This document shows positions 33,031-43,314 of a stretch of 58,930 bases of DNA, piece after piece. The notes below the pieces were generated by a model. It saw nothing but the letters and a program-made list of their open reading frames with translations. It did no database searches and had not been told where the DNA came from. The position numbers and the translations under genes were made by a program. Each line of letters opens with the position of its first letter. The first letter of the stretch is position 1. The DNA is from a virus: the IMG/VR virus record IMGVR_UViG_3300029853_000009; one strand, written 5' to 3'.

Positions 33031-33756
33031 TTAAAAGCTCATCTGTGCATTAGCACAGGTTATTCTTTCCGTCAACACTGTTGGCGGTATATAACAGTCG
33101 ATGCAATCATGCAAGTCTGCTATATATCTTCTTTTAATGCTCTTGTATGTTGAAACGCAGCCATATTCTCGTTTCAACTGCCTGTACATGTCGGCAAATA
33201 CCGACCCTCTAAGGCTTCTGTCTTTGTATGCCTCAGCGTTTTTACCGCCGAGGACCTCAACAGCCTTCCTCTTTATATGTTTCTGTACTTCGTCAATCTC
33301 ACAGCCGTACAGCGGCATATCATTTTCAAGGGAAGATATTTTATCTTCGACCTTGTTAATTCTTTCATTCAGCTTCACATTGCCTTTTGCAATAAGCTGA
33401 ATTTTTTCCTCATCTGTCATATTCATGTTGTAGTTTCCCGTCTTTCTGATTGACGGAAGAACCTCTGATGTTACCCAGTCAGTAAATCTCTCTGCACTTG
33501 CCTTACGGCTCTGAAATATTGTTTTGTACAGGTTGGCTTCATTCACGTAAATAAGCTTCTGATTTCCACCTGCCGTAAGGGTAGGAATACTATTCACACC
33601 CTTTGAGTTCAGCCGTTCCTTTACCTTTGACGGCTGTGTTAATTCCAATGCCCGGCACACATCAGCCAAACAAAACATTGGCTCGTCATTTACGATTACC
33701 GTTCTGACGTTTCCAAATTCTTCTGAATTAAAAACCTGTAAATTTGTATCTGCCAT
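33031..33756 (-). CDS. Bro-N-domain antirepressor-like protein
   Basis: FGNVRTVIVNDEPMFCLADVCRALEL...ERFTDWVTSEVLPSIRKTG; RBS AAAGGAG before the ATG at 33756. Confidence 0.75.
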   Translation of the reverse strand: MADTNLQVFNSEEFGNVRTVIVNDEPMFCLADVCRALELTQPSKVKERLNSKGVNSIPTLTAGGNQKLIYVNEANLYKTIFQSRKASAERFTDWVTSEVLPSIRKTGNYNMNMTDEEKIQLIAKGNVKLNERINKVEDKISSLENDMPLYGCEIDEVQKHIKRKAVEVLGGKNAEAYKDRSLRGSVFADMYRQLKREYGCVSTYKSIKRRYIADLHDCIDCYIPPTVLTERITCANAQMSF

Positions 33757-33872
33757 TTCTTCTCCTTTCTGTGATATAATCCTCTTATCTTTATTAAAGG
33801 AAAGAGGTGAATGGTACATAGCCGATAAAGGGTTATGTTCTATTACCTGCATTGCTCAAAGCACAGGTGATA

Positions 33873-34079
33873 TCAGTGTTCTTCCTTTGGCTTTTCAGTA
33901 TTTAAAAGATACCCAAAAGAATCAGCTATTCGACAAATAGCTGATGAAAGTTCAACCAAACTAGGTTTGTACCCTCTGTCGTTAGGTTTAACTTTCTTAC
34001 TTTCCTCTGCCAACAGCTCCATCTGCTGACAGAGGATTTCTAAAACGTGTTCTTTTTTACTCTCCATTTTTAGGTTCAT
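33873..34079 (-). CDS. Hypothetical protein
   Basis: 68-aa ORF. Confidence 0.45.
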   Translation of the reverse strand: MNLKMESKKEHVLEILCQQMELLAEESKKVKPNDRGYKPSLVELSSAICRIADSFGYLLNTEKPKEEH

Positions 34080-34206
34080 CCCTTTCGCTCTCCCTAGCTA
34101 TCGCCATGCCATCAGCAACGCCGAGGATATAATTTTTTTTGTTATCATCGAGCTTTGCTATCGTATCCGATAGTTTCTTGACAATTTCTTTTTCCTTTTC
34201 ACTCAT
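34057..34206 (-). CDS. Hypothetical 49-aa protein
   Basis: MSEKEKEIVKKLSDTIAKLDDNKKNYILGVADGMAIARESERDEPKNGE. Confidence 0.4.
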   Translation of the reverse strand: MSEKEKEIVKKLSDTIAKLDDNKKNYILGVADGMAIARESERDEPKNGE

Positions 34207-34232
34207 TCAATTCACTTCCTTTCTGTTACTGA

Positions 34233-34991
34233 TTATCTTTCAATCAGCGGATATATTTCGTTCTTTTTGAGCAACTCATACAAGAACAATCTACCTTTCT
34301 GTGTCCACTCGGTCTGCATAACCACATCAGCCTGTCCATTTGACCTTGTAATATCAATAGTCTTGCTGTGAACATACCCAAGCCCTTGATACTGCCTGTA
34401 TAAAATCCACTGACCGCCAACCTTATGTTGAACGTCCAAATCTTTCAGCACCTTATTAAAAGCCTTAGCGGATATTCCGTAATCTTGTGCTATCTGTGTT
34501 ACTAATACTGTCGATTTACTATTTAAAATTAAATCAACATAGTTGGCTTTCGGTTGCATTTCTGAAATGGTGTTATTCATTTCAACAACTTCTGTTTCAA
34601 GTGCCTGTATCTGCTTGTCTTTCTGCTCAAGCATTTTGTGGGCTTCGATAACAGCAAGTGCAATCAAATCATTTCCCTGTGGAAGTTGTGTTTTTATCAC
34701 ATCTTCCATTTCGTGAAATCTGTTTATGTACTTCGCTGTGAACTCTGTACCTTTAACACCTGTCAACTTGTGTGCGATAAATTCGCATCCTTTCTTTGTG
34801 ACAAGGTAACAAGGTAGCACTCGTCCTGTGCTGTCTTTATATGTGCTTTCTGTAAAGAAATCACTCAACGCAGTTTTGCGTTCAGCTAACTGCTCTGAAT
34901 ATCTGCGAATATCTCGCATTAAATCAGTGTGTCGTTTGCCGACCATTTCAGCTACTTCTCTGCTGTCAATGTACTTCTGTTCTAAATCCAT
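34233..34991 (-). CDS. Rha-family regulator fused to a KilAC antirepressor domain
   Basis: N-terminal [24 protein letters not shown]...[18 protein letters not shown]; C-terminal [37 protein letters not shown]. Confidence 0.8.
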   Translation of the reverse strand: MDLEQKYIDSREVAEMVGKRHTDLMRDIRRYSEQLAERKTALSDFFTESTYKDSTGRVLPCYLVTKKGCEFIAHKLTGVKGTEFTAKYINRFHEMEDVIKTQLPQGNDLIALAVIEAHKMLEQKDKQIQALETEVVEMNNTISEMQPKANYVDLILNSKSTVLVTQIAQDYGISAKAFNKVLKDLDVQHKVGGQWILYRQYQGLGYVHSKTIDITRSNGQADVVMQTEWTQKGRLFLYELLKKNEIYPLIER

Positions 34992-35044
34992 TGTTATCAT
35001 CTCCTCTCTATGTGGTATAATGTTTAAAAAAGTTGGAGGTTATT

Positions 35045-35410
35045 ATGCAATACATACCAAATCACCTGAATATGGATAACTTATTTCCGCAGCCCAAAAT
35101 TCTTAACATTGAAGTGCCTACATATGAACAAGGCAAATCTCCATATGAACTTTGGGAAAGCCAAGCCATTTATCTTGAAAAGACGAGTAAAGAACTTCAC
35201 GATATGGCTCAATCTGCCCAATCCCAAGCAGATTCTGCTAAAGAGATTGCTGAAAGTTCTAAAATGCAAGCTGATATTGCATTGAAGACATCAAGCAAGG
35301 CGGATATTAAAGGTTGGATTTCTGTGATTGTTGCTATAATCTGTGCTTTCATGGAATTCGCTGTACATCATTCAGAAATAATTGATTTTGTCAAAACTTT
35401 GGTAAAATAA
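35045..35410 (+). CDS. Lysogeny-island membrane protein (C-terminal TM)
   Basis: GGAGG RBS, an extended -10 TGgTATAAT at 35013-35021, and the TM segment WISVIVAIICAFMEFAV. Confidence 0.6.
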   Translation: MQYIPNHLNMDNLFPQPKILNIEVPTYEQGKSPYELWESQAIYLEKTSKELHDMAQSAQSQADSAKEIAESSKMQADIALKTSSKADIKGWISVIVAIICAFMEFAVHHSEIIDFVKTLVK

Positions 35411-35502
35411 AGTGACAAAAAATCTGAAATAGCAAAACAAGTATTGAAAGTACTAATGCAACATCTGAAACAGACGTTTTTTTCATTTTTTCAGCTCCTT
35501 TC

Positions 35503-35598
35503 TGTTGACCTTGTAAGCATACAATATCATACTGTGTTAGCAATGTCAATACTTTTTAATCATTTTTTGTTGACTTTGTTAGCATCAAATGTTATATT
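35503..35598 (+). promoter_or_regulatory. Repressor promoter/operator region
   Basis: Two ~23-nt direct repeats, TGTTGACCTTGTAAGCATACAAT (35503-35525) and TGTTGACTTTGTTAGCATCAAAT (35568-35590). The second contains TTGACT-17 nt-TATATT. Confidence 0.55.
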
Positions 35599-35623
35599 TG
35601 TTTTACAGAAAAGAGGTGAGACG

Positions 35624-35986
35624 ATGAATGAACGCTTAAGAGCTTTAAGAGAACTCTTAAATAAAAGTCAGGATGAATTTGGAAAAGATTTGGGGCTGTC
35701 CAGAAATTACATATCTTTATTAGAAAACGGACAACGAAATCTTTCAGAACAATCTATCAAAGTTTTATGCAACGAATTTTCAGTTAATGAAGATTGGCTG
35801 CGTACTGGTCAAGGGGATATGTTCAAACCACGAACCAAGAATGAAGAACTTCTTAGTTTCGTTAATGATGTGATGGAGCTTGAAGATGATAGTTTCAAAA
35901 AGAAACTTGTCAATGCGTTGGCAAAATTAGATACTAAAGACTGGGAATGTCTGGAAAACATCGCTAGTAAACTATCAGAAGAGTAA
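35624..35986 (+). CDS. CI-like XRE-family repressor
   Basis: MNERLRALRELLNKSQDEFGKDLGLSRNYISLLENGQRNLSEQSIKVL; RBS AAGAGGTGA; opposite orientation to the lytic genes. Confidence 0.8.
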   Translation: MNERLRALRELLNKSQDEFGKDLGLSRNYISLLENGQRNLSEQSIKVLCNEFSVNEDWLRTGQGDMFKPRTKNEELLSFVNDVMELEDDSFKKKLVNALAKLDTKDWECLENIASKLSEE

Positions 35987-35989
35987 AAA

Positions 35990-36016
35990 AGAGAGGGGAA
36001 AAATCCCCTCTCTTTC
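35990..36016 (+). terminator. Terminator hairpin after the repressor gene
   Basis: AGAGAGGGGA/TCCCCTCTCT. Confidence 0.55.
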
Positions 36017-36032
36017 CATTAATAGCTGATAA

Positions 36033-36149
36033 TCAGCTCTTTTCTTTATTCATGTTATTAATAAGTCTTAATATCTGATATAACAGCCATGTATTATCCA
36101 TTTCTGTTATCAGCCTTATAATTTCTTGTTTGCACTCTTCGTTATTCAT
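36033..36149 (-). CDS. Hypothetical 38-aa protein
   Basis: RBS AAGGGGAG; MNNEECKQEIIRLITEMDNTWLLYQILRLINNMNKEKS. Confidence 0.35.
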   Translation of the reverse strand: MNNEECKQEIIRLITEMDNTWLLYQILRLINNMNKEKS

Positions 36150-36551
36150 ACTTCTGTACTCCCCTTACTCTTACCCAACACGTTTACAGTAGCGATAAAA
36201 ATATTATAGAACAAATGTTTGCTTCCGTCAAGATTGGAACAAAAATTCTGATGTAAATTAAGGTTATGTAATAGGGCGGCGGCGCAATGCCAAATAGCAC
36301 AGCCGCCCACCGGAACTTGAATCGCCCAATCTTTTGGACAATTTAATTTTACAAAAATTACCAATTTTTCACAAACGGTTTAAATCGCAAAAAACGACAT
36401 TTACTCTAATATTGTCTACATTTTATAGCGTATGCTGTCACTTAATGTCGGATTGCGGTATGTATAGTACTAATTTACCATTTATCAATTCGACAAAAAT
36501 CAGATTATATGCTATTATTATTCAAAAAATAAAAAGCAAGGGAGAATTTTT

Positions 36552-37061
36552 ATGAAAAAGAAATTATTATGCTTATTAATGTCGGTATGCCTTTTAGGGC
36601 TTGCGGCTTGCCAAAATTCAACTGCGGATAATTCTACCACCGCAAACAGCACGGAAACAGTAACGGAAACGCAAACTGAAACAGAAGCCCCTACAGAAAA
36701 AGAAACACTGTTATCAAGGGACAGAATGACATACACTGGAGATATTACATATGATACTCTTGCAAGATACCCGGACAAAAATATTGATAAGCCTGTGAAA
36801 TTTGACGGAAAAGTTATACAGATGATTGGTGTGGTTGACAGCAATTACACTGCTATAAGAATGGCTGTAGATGATGACTACAATCACGTGTTGCTTGTTG
36901 TTTACGCAAACGATGTAATTGACGGTAAACTACTTGAAAATGATAAAATCACAATTTATGGCGGTTATGTCGGTCCGTATTCATACACATCTACATTGAA
37001 TAAACCGATAACAATTCCACAAGTTGAAGCTGTTATGATTGATTTGCATGATAATAATTAA
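36552..37061 (+). CDS. Prophage lipoprotein (candidate superinfection-exclusion/moron gene)
   Basis: Signal peptide with lipobox MKKKLLCLLMSVCLLGLAAC; plus strand, between the lysis and lysogeny genes. Confidence 0.75.
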   Translation: MKKKLLCLLMSVCLLGLAACQNSTADNSTTANSTETVTETQTETEAPTEKETLLSRDRMTYTGDITYDTLARYPDKNIDKPVKFDGKVIQMIGVVDSNYTAIRMAVDDDYNHVLLVVYANDVIDGKLLENDKITIYGGYVGPYSYTSTLNKPITIPQVEAVMIDLHDNN

Positions 37062-37067
37062 AATATC

Positions 37068-37093
37068 ACCGGGAGTATTCGCTCCCGGTATTT
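37068..37093 (+). terminator. Terminator after the lipoprotein gene
   Basis: ACCGGGAG/CTCCCGGT followed by a T-rich stretch. Confidence 0.6.
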
Positions 37094-37159
37094 CTATGTT
37101 TAAATTACTCGGCAATTGCTAGATTGGTAATTTCTTTTTATATTAAAAATCAAGTGTTT

Positions 37160-38140
37160 TTAATTTTCATGTAAACTTTTATATTCCTCTGACCTTAAAA
37201 TATCAGCCATTATCATTCGCAAACTTGGATAATGTCTTCTAGCTATTACAACCTCATCATTCTCCGGCTCACGATTCAAATATAATCTGTATGCTTTTCT
37301 TGTAAAGTTATCATAATATTCATCGCTGTTAATCATTGCGTTATCTACGTCTGATAAATCACAGCTTTCAAAATCTCTGTCGATTATAGCATTTATATAA
37401 GCTTCCTTTCCTTCCGGATCTGCCGGTCTGCCAAAATGCTGGCAGTAGCATGTTTCAATGCATATTCCTGCTTCTTCTCTTGTCATATTATTTTCCTCAC
37501 TTTCATTATTGCTATTATTGTCATCATAAAACATTGACACATCCAAATGATGTGGTGCGCCATTAATATTTCCATTTGTAGATGTATATTGCCAGCCCAT
37601 TATATTCCAGCCATCCATCGCAAATGGTTCATCAAGATTGGGATTATCCAAATACATTGCTACCCATAATGGATACTGTGTAAGCCTACCATCAAAATAT
37701 TCATATATAAAACTCTCATTTGCATACAACATAGTATTATATCCATGCTCTGCCATTCTGCCAGCAAATGCAATCGCTATATCACTTATCAGCTCACTTG
37801 TTGCTTCAATTCCGTTATCATTCATATAACGGACTGTATCTCCTTCAATATCATATACAACAGGATAATCAAGACTCATTCCATTTAAAACCTCTGCACA
37901 TGCATCGGCTTCTCTTACAGCTTCTTCTGCGCTTCTTGCATAACAGAACCAGTATACTCCTGTTTTATGTCCTGCCTGTTTTGCCTGTTCAATAAAATAG
38001 TCAAAATTAATATCCTTTTGTTCAGCTGAATTGCCATATCCGGCTCTTGCTATAACTCCTTGTATATTACTTTCTTTTATTGCTTCAAAGTCAATTGAAC
38101 CAATTGTCTGATTACAAGATACATCAATTACTCCGTACAT
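37160..38140 (-). CDS. Endolysin: GH25 muramidase with a C-terminal repeat domain
   Basis: MYGVIDVSCNQ...YWFCYA...VVYDIEGD is GH25-like. RBS AAAGGTGGA before the ATG at 38140. The C-terminus shows two DUF4214-like repeats. Confidence 0.85.
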   Translation of the reverse strand: MYGVIDVSCNQTIGSIDFEAIKESNIQGVIARAGYGNSAEQKDINFDYFIEQAKQAGHKTGVYWFCYARSAEEAVREADACAEVLNGMSLDYPVVYDIEGDTVRYMNDNGIEATSELISDIAIAFAGRMAEHGYNTMLYANESFIYEYFDGRLTQYPLWVAMYLDNPNLDEPFAMDGWNIMGWQYTSTNGNINGAPHHLDVSMFYDDNNSNNESEENNMTREEAGICIETCYCQHFGRPADPEGKEAYINAIIDRDFESCDLSDVDNAMINSDEYYDNFTRKAYRLYLNREPENDEVVIARRHYPSLRMIMADILRSEEYKSLHEN

Positions 38141-38241
38141 ATTAATCCACCTTTCATTAAATAAATATATAAAAACGCACAGCAACACTAAGTTACTAGG
38201 CGTTTTAAGCATAAAAATAAGAAGCCAATTAATTAATCTAA

Positions 38242-38391
38242 CTAACCAACTTCTTCAATAATCTTATTTTTTTGTTCGTCTGTAATCCACTTTTTCGCAA
38301 CTGCTTTATATAGAATTAACAAATTATATTCTTTTGTTTGCGGATTGTACGACTTTTTATAAATTCTCTTTATAGTGCTATACATAATCAT
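38242..38391 (-). CDS. XkdX-like small protein
   Basis: 49 aa; ...YKAVAKKWITDEQKNKIIEE; located after the tail-fibre genes as in PBSX. Confidence 0.5.
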   Translation of the reverse strand: MIMYSTIKRIYKKSYNPQTKEYNLLILYKAVAKKWITDEQKNKIIEEVG

Positions 38392-38729
38392 TCCTCACTT
38401 TCTCCAATTCCCATGTCTGACAATACTAATGCGTCTATCGTATCTTCAAGCGCCGACAATCTCTGTTCGGTTTTATCAATGTCATCTAAAACAAATGTAG
38501 CAACTCCATTCTCATATTCTAAACTTTTTTTACATTTGTTTATGAATACATTCATAATATCATCGTTTTCACTTAAAGTTTCTATCCTTTCAAGTGCTTC
38601 ACTTGTTAGCATATTATCGAAAATTTTTACTGCCTCTGTTGCATTTTCGACTTGTACTTTTATATAGCAATCACATGCTTCTATTACATTTTCTAAAATA
38701 TTTTCATTGTTAAGTTTAATTTTTTCCAT
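38388..38729 (-). CDS. XkdW-position acidic hypothetical protein
   Basis: 113-aa ORF between the fibre gene and the XkdX-like gene. Confidence 0.5.
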   Translation of the reverse strand: MEKIKLNNENILENVIEACDCYIKVQVENATEAVKIFDNMLTSEALERIETLSENDDIMNVFINKCKKSLEYENGVATFVLDDIDKTEQRLSALEDTIDALVLSDMGIGESEE

Positions 38730-38746
38730 GTCTAAAATTCCTTTCT

Positions 38747-40540
38747 TTAAGTTATTGTGAATAAACTGCGTGGAAACATTGCAGTTAGATTAAGTACAAC
38801 ATTACTTAAAGCTTCTGTAGGTCTTAAAGTTACATTGCGTGTATTATAATTTATATTGCATAATACTAATTTATTTAAAGGCACCCACGCCGAATTTAAA
38901 GCAGCTATAACACCAAGATAAATACCTTTAGTTGGTGTTACATTAGTTGGCAGTACTACAATAGTTTTGTTTGTTGCTGTTCCACCATATTCTGTTAAAT
39001 TAACACCTTGTGCAGAAATTTCTAAGTATACAGCAACTTCGTTATACCATAAAGTGCAATTTGTTCCAGTAAGTTTATTCCATGTACCACTGGCATACGC
39101 AAGTGTATTAAGTCCTTTAACTTTAACATCTGCAACAGTACCATTTGTATTAACTGCAACACTACCATTTGTAGAACCTGTAGCAATACTTCTTACACCC
39201 GCATTGTAAAAAGTTGTGTTAGAAAGTCCTATTCCGGTGCCAGCACTATATGTAGTGTTGGTATCTGTAAACTTAGCATTTGCCGGAACGTCTGCATTTA
39301 CAGTATGTCCATTAACTGTAGAAGCATTGCCAGTTAAATTTCCTCGTATGCCCTCTTTTGCATTCACATAATCAGCTTCTAGTGCATGTGTCCATACATT
39401 ATCCCATTTTTTATCTTCATGTCCTAAATCAATGTATTCATTTGTATGTGGGATAATATCACCAGTTATAACTCCACCTGTAGTTGCTAATGCTCCAATA
39501 TTATCAGGTGTTAAATTAACATTTCCTGTGCGGTATGTACTTTCTGCGTTTCCTTTAACTCCTGTAACTGCACCACCTACCGCTTCTTTCGCTTTTTCAT
39601 AATAATATTTAGCGCTTTCCGTATTTCCTACTGCATAATTTTTAGACTTAGTGGCATTACTTTCAGCCGTAGCCGCTGCTGCACTCGCAGAATTAGCACT
39701 TTCATTAGCGATTTTTGCTTTTTCCGTAGCCGTAGCTGCATTTTGCATTGTTACATTTTCACTTATTTTAGCTGCTTCTGCACTTTTAGCTGCTTCATTT
39801 GCTTTTAAGATGGCTGTATTTGCATTGCTAGTTGCTATGTTCTGTTTTTCGGCCGCTTGTTGACTGTAATACTTAGCATTATCCGTGTTTTCTCCTGCAC
39901 GGCTATTCGTGCCGCCAACAGCGTAGCTTTGTGCTTTAGTGGCACTAGCAGATGCATTATTGGCATTATTTTTAGAATTTGTTTCACTTGTTTTAGCATT
40001 ACTTTCAGATGTCGCCGCCGCTTTCTGACTAGCCGCGGCTTTTGCTGTTTCAACCTTAATATCAGCAAGATAATTTGGTTGTAAATGTTTTTCCTTAATA
40101 CTTGCTTCCTTAACAATTGCAGACACTTTTCCAGCACTGTCAATCGAAAATGCCACCGTGTCACTGTCCAAAAACTCATACTGCGTAATCAGTGCTGCCA
40201 GGTCTATATATTGCTTTGTGCCGTCAATAAGCGTTAATATAATCTGCTGTGTTCCGGCATTATATGAAAAATTCACAGCAATCTTTTCCATTTGCGTGTC
40301 AATCGTTATTTTTGAACCGTTTTTCTTTACAATCGTGATAATACCTGTCTTTTCTTCAAATGTAACGTCCTGTACCAGTGTTGAAACTTCTTCTTTAGTC
40401 GCTTTTGTAGTGTCCAGTGTAATTACCCTATTGTCAATTTCATCTGTAGCCACATCTATTTTATTAAGATTACGTTCATTCAGTGGTGTTTCATCACTCG
40501 GATAATTTTCCCAATTTATACGACCATACGTTTTATTCAT
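38747..40540 (-). CDS. Tail fibre / receptor-binding protein
   Basis: Ala/Ser/Asn-rich helical repeats (AKAAASQKAAATSESNAKTSETN...AEAAKISE) followed by a beta-rich C-terminal domain; last large tail gene. Confidence 0.75.
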   Translation of the reverse strand: MNKTYGRINWENYPSDETPLNERNLNKIDVATDEIDNRVITLDTTKATKEEVSTLVQDVTFEEKTGIITIVKKNGSKITIDTQMEKIAVNFSYNAGTQQIILTLIDGTKQYIDLAALITQYEFLDSDTVAFSIDSAGKVSAIVKEASIKEKHLQPNYLADIKVETAKAAASQKAAATSESNAKTSETNSKNNANNASASATKAQSYAVGGTNSRAGENTDNAKYYSQQAAEKQNIATSNANTAILKANEAAKSAEAAKISENVTMQNAATATEKAKIANESANSASAAAATAESNATKSKNYAVGNTESAKYYYEKAKEAVGGAVTGVKGNAESTYRTGNVNLTPDNIGALATTGGVITGDIIPHTNEYIDLGHEDKKWDNVWTHALEADYVNAKEGIRGNLTGNASTVNGHTVNADVPANAKFTDTNTTYSAGTGIGLSNTTFYNAGVRSIATGSTNGSVAVNTNGTVADVKVKGLNTLAYASGTWNKLTGTNCTLWYNEVAVYLEISAQGVNLTEYGGTATNKTIVVLPTNVTPTKGIYLGVIAALNSAWVPLNKLVLCNINYNTRNVTLRPTEALSNVVLNLTAMFPRSLFTIT

Positions 40541-40552
40541 GTCTGCTCCTTT

Positions 40553-42835
40553 CTAGTTCCACGGAACTTCCCAATCGCCTGTCAAAGTAATACGGCGTTC
40601 AGCCGCATTAATTTCGAAAACGCCTACTTCTTCACCGTCTTCTTTGGCAGCAATTCGGATCATTGTTGGATACAGTCTTATTGCCGCGACAGCATTACTT
40701 AATATTATTGTGTCGTAATTTAAGTATGTTTGTTCATCTTCTCCAACAGCATATTGCAAGCCCTCTGCACTTATGTTCCATGGTCCGATTTTGCCATTGG
40801 GCATTTCCGCACTGCCATCCAAACCGATTTTAAAATTCTGATTAGCCGTCACAGCGCCGTTCAGGTTTATTTTGTTTGCTTCAATCGAAACGTTTTCGGC
40901 AGATTGGTTAATTTTTGAAATAATTTCATCACCATTTACTTTTTTTGATACTTCTGTATTAATGCTATCTGCTGTCTGCTTTATGGCACTATTCATCTGT
41001 TCTGTAGTGCTGTAGCTTTGCAGTTTTCGGCTCACCTCTGCCGAAATTCCCTCTGCTGTAGCATTGATTCGGGTATTCATTTCCGTTGTTGTACTGTAAT
41101 CCTTTAACTTATCTGCTGTGTCCCGTTTTGCATTACTTTCAGCCGTTTCAGCGGCAGATTCGGCATACTCTTTAGTTTCTGTTACCTTTTTAGACAACTC
41201 TGCTGAAATTCCCTCCGCCGTCTGCCTTATTGAAGTTTGTAGCTCTGTCTTTGTATTTGTAGCATTTTTTTTTGTTTCATATTTTTTGCCGACTTCTGAC
41301 ATAATTGATTCAGCAGTCTGCGTAATTTTAGAAGATAATTCTTCTTCACTTTGCTTTGCTCGTTTAACTTCGGAAGTAATACTTTCGGCGGTCTGCGTAA
41401 TTTTTGTTGATAAACTACCCTCGGCTTCACTCGCCCTCTTTACTTCTGATGTAATGGATTCTGTGTTTTGCTGTATACTACTGGATAAGTTGTTTACTGA
41501 ATCGGATACCTCGCTTCGGATACTGTTTGCAGTCTGCTTAATACTGCTTGACAAGCCGTCAGCCGTGTTTTTAACTTCTGCTCTTATATCCGTTGCTGTC
41601 TGCTTAATTTCAGAACTTAATCCGCTTTCAACGTCCGTAATCTTACTGTTTGTTTCTTCGATTGTCCGTGTCAGTACATTGGTTTTACCTTTAAGCTGTA
41701 TAATGCTTTTATGCACGCTATTTACCTGTGTAGAACGGTATTCTTCACCAGTAGACTCAATGTCATCTCTTAATGCTTGTATACCGCTTATTGTTCTTTT
41801 TAATATGTAGCTTTCTATTAGCTCATATTTTGTTGGTAATCTAACAGCGTCACCAACTTCAAGGCAAGGATTGCCTTTACAATCCGCCGAAAATGGTCTA
41901 TAAATAATTTTCGTTATTTTCTTGTATACATTACTAGCAATTCCTTTTAATTCTTCGCTACCTTTTCCATATACAAGAAAATTATCTTGTATTATATAAG
42001 TATTTGTACCAGCACCGACAATTACACCAATGTCATCTTCTTCTTGTCGAATTTGTAATTTATCAATGCTTTTAACGAGATAATCTTCATATTCTGCCGT
42101 AATATACATACTTTTGCCAATTTGAGTACTTTTAGGGTCTTTTGGATATAAAGTATTAGATGGGTATAAATCATTTCTAGGATATAAGCCTTGTATTTCT
42201 TGCTCTAAATAGATATAGTGGAATTTTCCATCTCTACCAATGTGACCAAAACAACCATTAATTTCACAAATACAATTAATCACTGTTGCACCACTCAATT
42301 CTTCAGGTTCGATAGTCTTTTCAATTTTCATATTGTCGTTTACAAGTTCTATATCAGCTTGTACTACATTAAAATGCTTAAAAAAGCTATTTCTAAAATT
42401 TTTCATTGTTGTAGTGCTGTTTTTATTAGGAAGTATTGTATTGTACCAGCTAACAACATCAGCGTTTATAATGTCATACAGCACATCATAGGCAACAATA
42501 TCTCTACAAGTTCTATCTGCTGTCGGAGTATCGGAAAACACTTTATATCTGCCCCATAAGAATGGTTTATTTGTATTATTATTTAATGTAGTTTTTACTG
42601 TTATCCATTTATTCTTCATTGGAAGAAAAATGTTAGATACTGTGAATTTTATACAAGAAGCTTCACAACACCCAAAAGTTAATTCATTTTCAGAGCATAA
42701 ACTTTCTGTTAATTCAAATTGCTCCTGATGTAATTCAACATTTGTTATATTGGTGGTTTTATCATCGGTCATTATATTTAATTGTTTATTTATACTATTC
42801 TTTTTAAACAAATCAATTAAGTTATAGTTAATCAC
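40553..42835 (-). CDS. Tail-tip (Tal-like) minor structural protein with internal coiled-coil repeats
   Basis: Repeated xIxQTAxSIxSEV units (KITQTAESITSEVKRA occurs twice); follows the TMP and the Dit-position gene. Confidence 0.7.
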   Translation of the reverse strand: MINYNLIDLFKKNSINKQLNIMTDDKTTNITNVELHQEQFELTESLCSENELTFGCCEASCIKFTVSNIFLPMKNKWITVKTTLNNNTNKPFLWGRYKVFSDTPTADRTCRDIVAYDVLYDIINADVVSWYNTILPNKNSTTTMKNFRNSFFKHFNVVQADIELVNDNMKIEKTIEPEELSGATVINCICEINGCFGHIGRDGKFHYIYLEQEIQGLYPRNDLYPSNTLYPKDPKSTQIGKSMYITAEYEDYLVKSIDKLQIRQEEDDIGVIVGAGTNTYIIQDNFLVYGKGSEELKGIASNVYKKITKIIYRPFSADCKGNPCLEVGDAVRLPTKYELIESYILKRTISGIQALRDDIESTGEEYRSTQVNSVHKSIIQLKGKTNVLTRTIEETNSKITDVESGLSSEIKQTATDIRAEVKNTADGLSSSIKQTANSIRSEVSDSVNNLSSSIQQNTESITSEVKRASEAEGSLSTKITQTAESITSEVKRAKQSEEELSSKITQTAESIMSEVGKKYETKKNATNTKTELQTSIRQTAEGISAELSKKVTETKEYAESAAETAESNAKRDTADKLKDYSTTTEMNTRINATAEGISAEVSRKLQSYSTTEQMNSAIKQTADSINTEVSKKVNGDEIISKINQSAENVSIEANKINLNGAVTANQNFKIGLDGSAEMPNGKIGPWNISAEGLQYAVGEDEQTYLNYDTIILSNAVAAIRLYPTMIRIAAKEDGEEVGVFEINAAERRITLTGDWEVPWN

Positions 42836-43244
42836 TTGCTACACCTCCAATAAACGCTAGTCGAATTGCGTTGTAATAGATAGTTCCTCTAAAAATGCCG
42901 TAAATAGTGGGTTCAAAATCAGCTAAATAGCCATATTGTGTGACATAGTCGTCATACTCTGGAATGTAAGCTGTTATATAAACACCTCTTTCAGTTGCAT
43001 TTACATAATTTGCTTGAATATTTCTCATTAAGTCTGTAAATGTATTATTTGTAAGCATTGCGGGGGTTTCAAATTCGATTTTTTCAGCTTTTAATTCAAC
43101 TGAGTTTCGATGTTCATAGCCGTTAGCGTCTGTGTAATCATCAATATCTTGCATATTTACATACGCACTATAACTTTCAGCTTTAATGTATTTAGTTGGT
43201 ATTATGTAATCTCCTATTTTGATTAAAAAGCCACTGTACGCCAC
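42828..43244 (-). CDS. Distal-tail-position protein (start uncertain, GTG at 43244)
   Basis: Lies immediately downstream of the tape measure gene. Confidence 0.5.
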   Translation of the reverse strand: MAYSGFLIKIGDYIIPTKYIKAESYSAYVNMQDIDDYTDANGYEHRNSVELKAEKIEFETPAMLTNNTFTDLMRNIQANYVNATERGVYITAYIPEYDDYVTQYGYLADFEPTIYGIFRGTIYYNAIRLAFIGGVASD

Positions 43245-43277
43245 ATTTTCACCTCGCAATTCTTAAAATTTAGTAAC

Positions 43278-43314
43278 AAAAAAGCACCTACCGAAATCAT
43301 TATTCGATAAGTGC
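43278..43314 (-). terminator. Intrinsic terminator after the tape measure gene
   Basis: 12-bp stem GCACTTATCGAA/TTCGGTAGGTGC followed by T6; paralogous to the terminator at 54130-54164. Confidence 0.65.

Noticed and set aside
36146-36844. Minus-strand ORFs 36146-36364 and 36518-36844
   Set aside because: The second is antisense to the lipoprotein gene. The first lies in a promoter/non-coding region and has no RBS. A small RBS-preceded 38-aa ORF (36033-36149) is the only plausible minus-strand gene here.
41118-41810. 230-aa plus-strand ORF; likewise 45326-45739, 45980-46411, 40158-40505 and 39651-39863
   Set aside because: These are antisense shadows of tail structural genes with repetitive composition.
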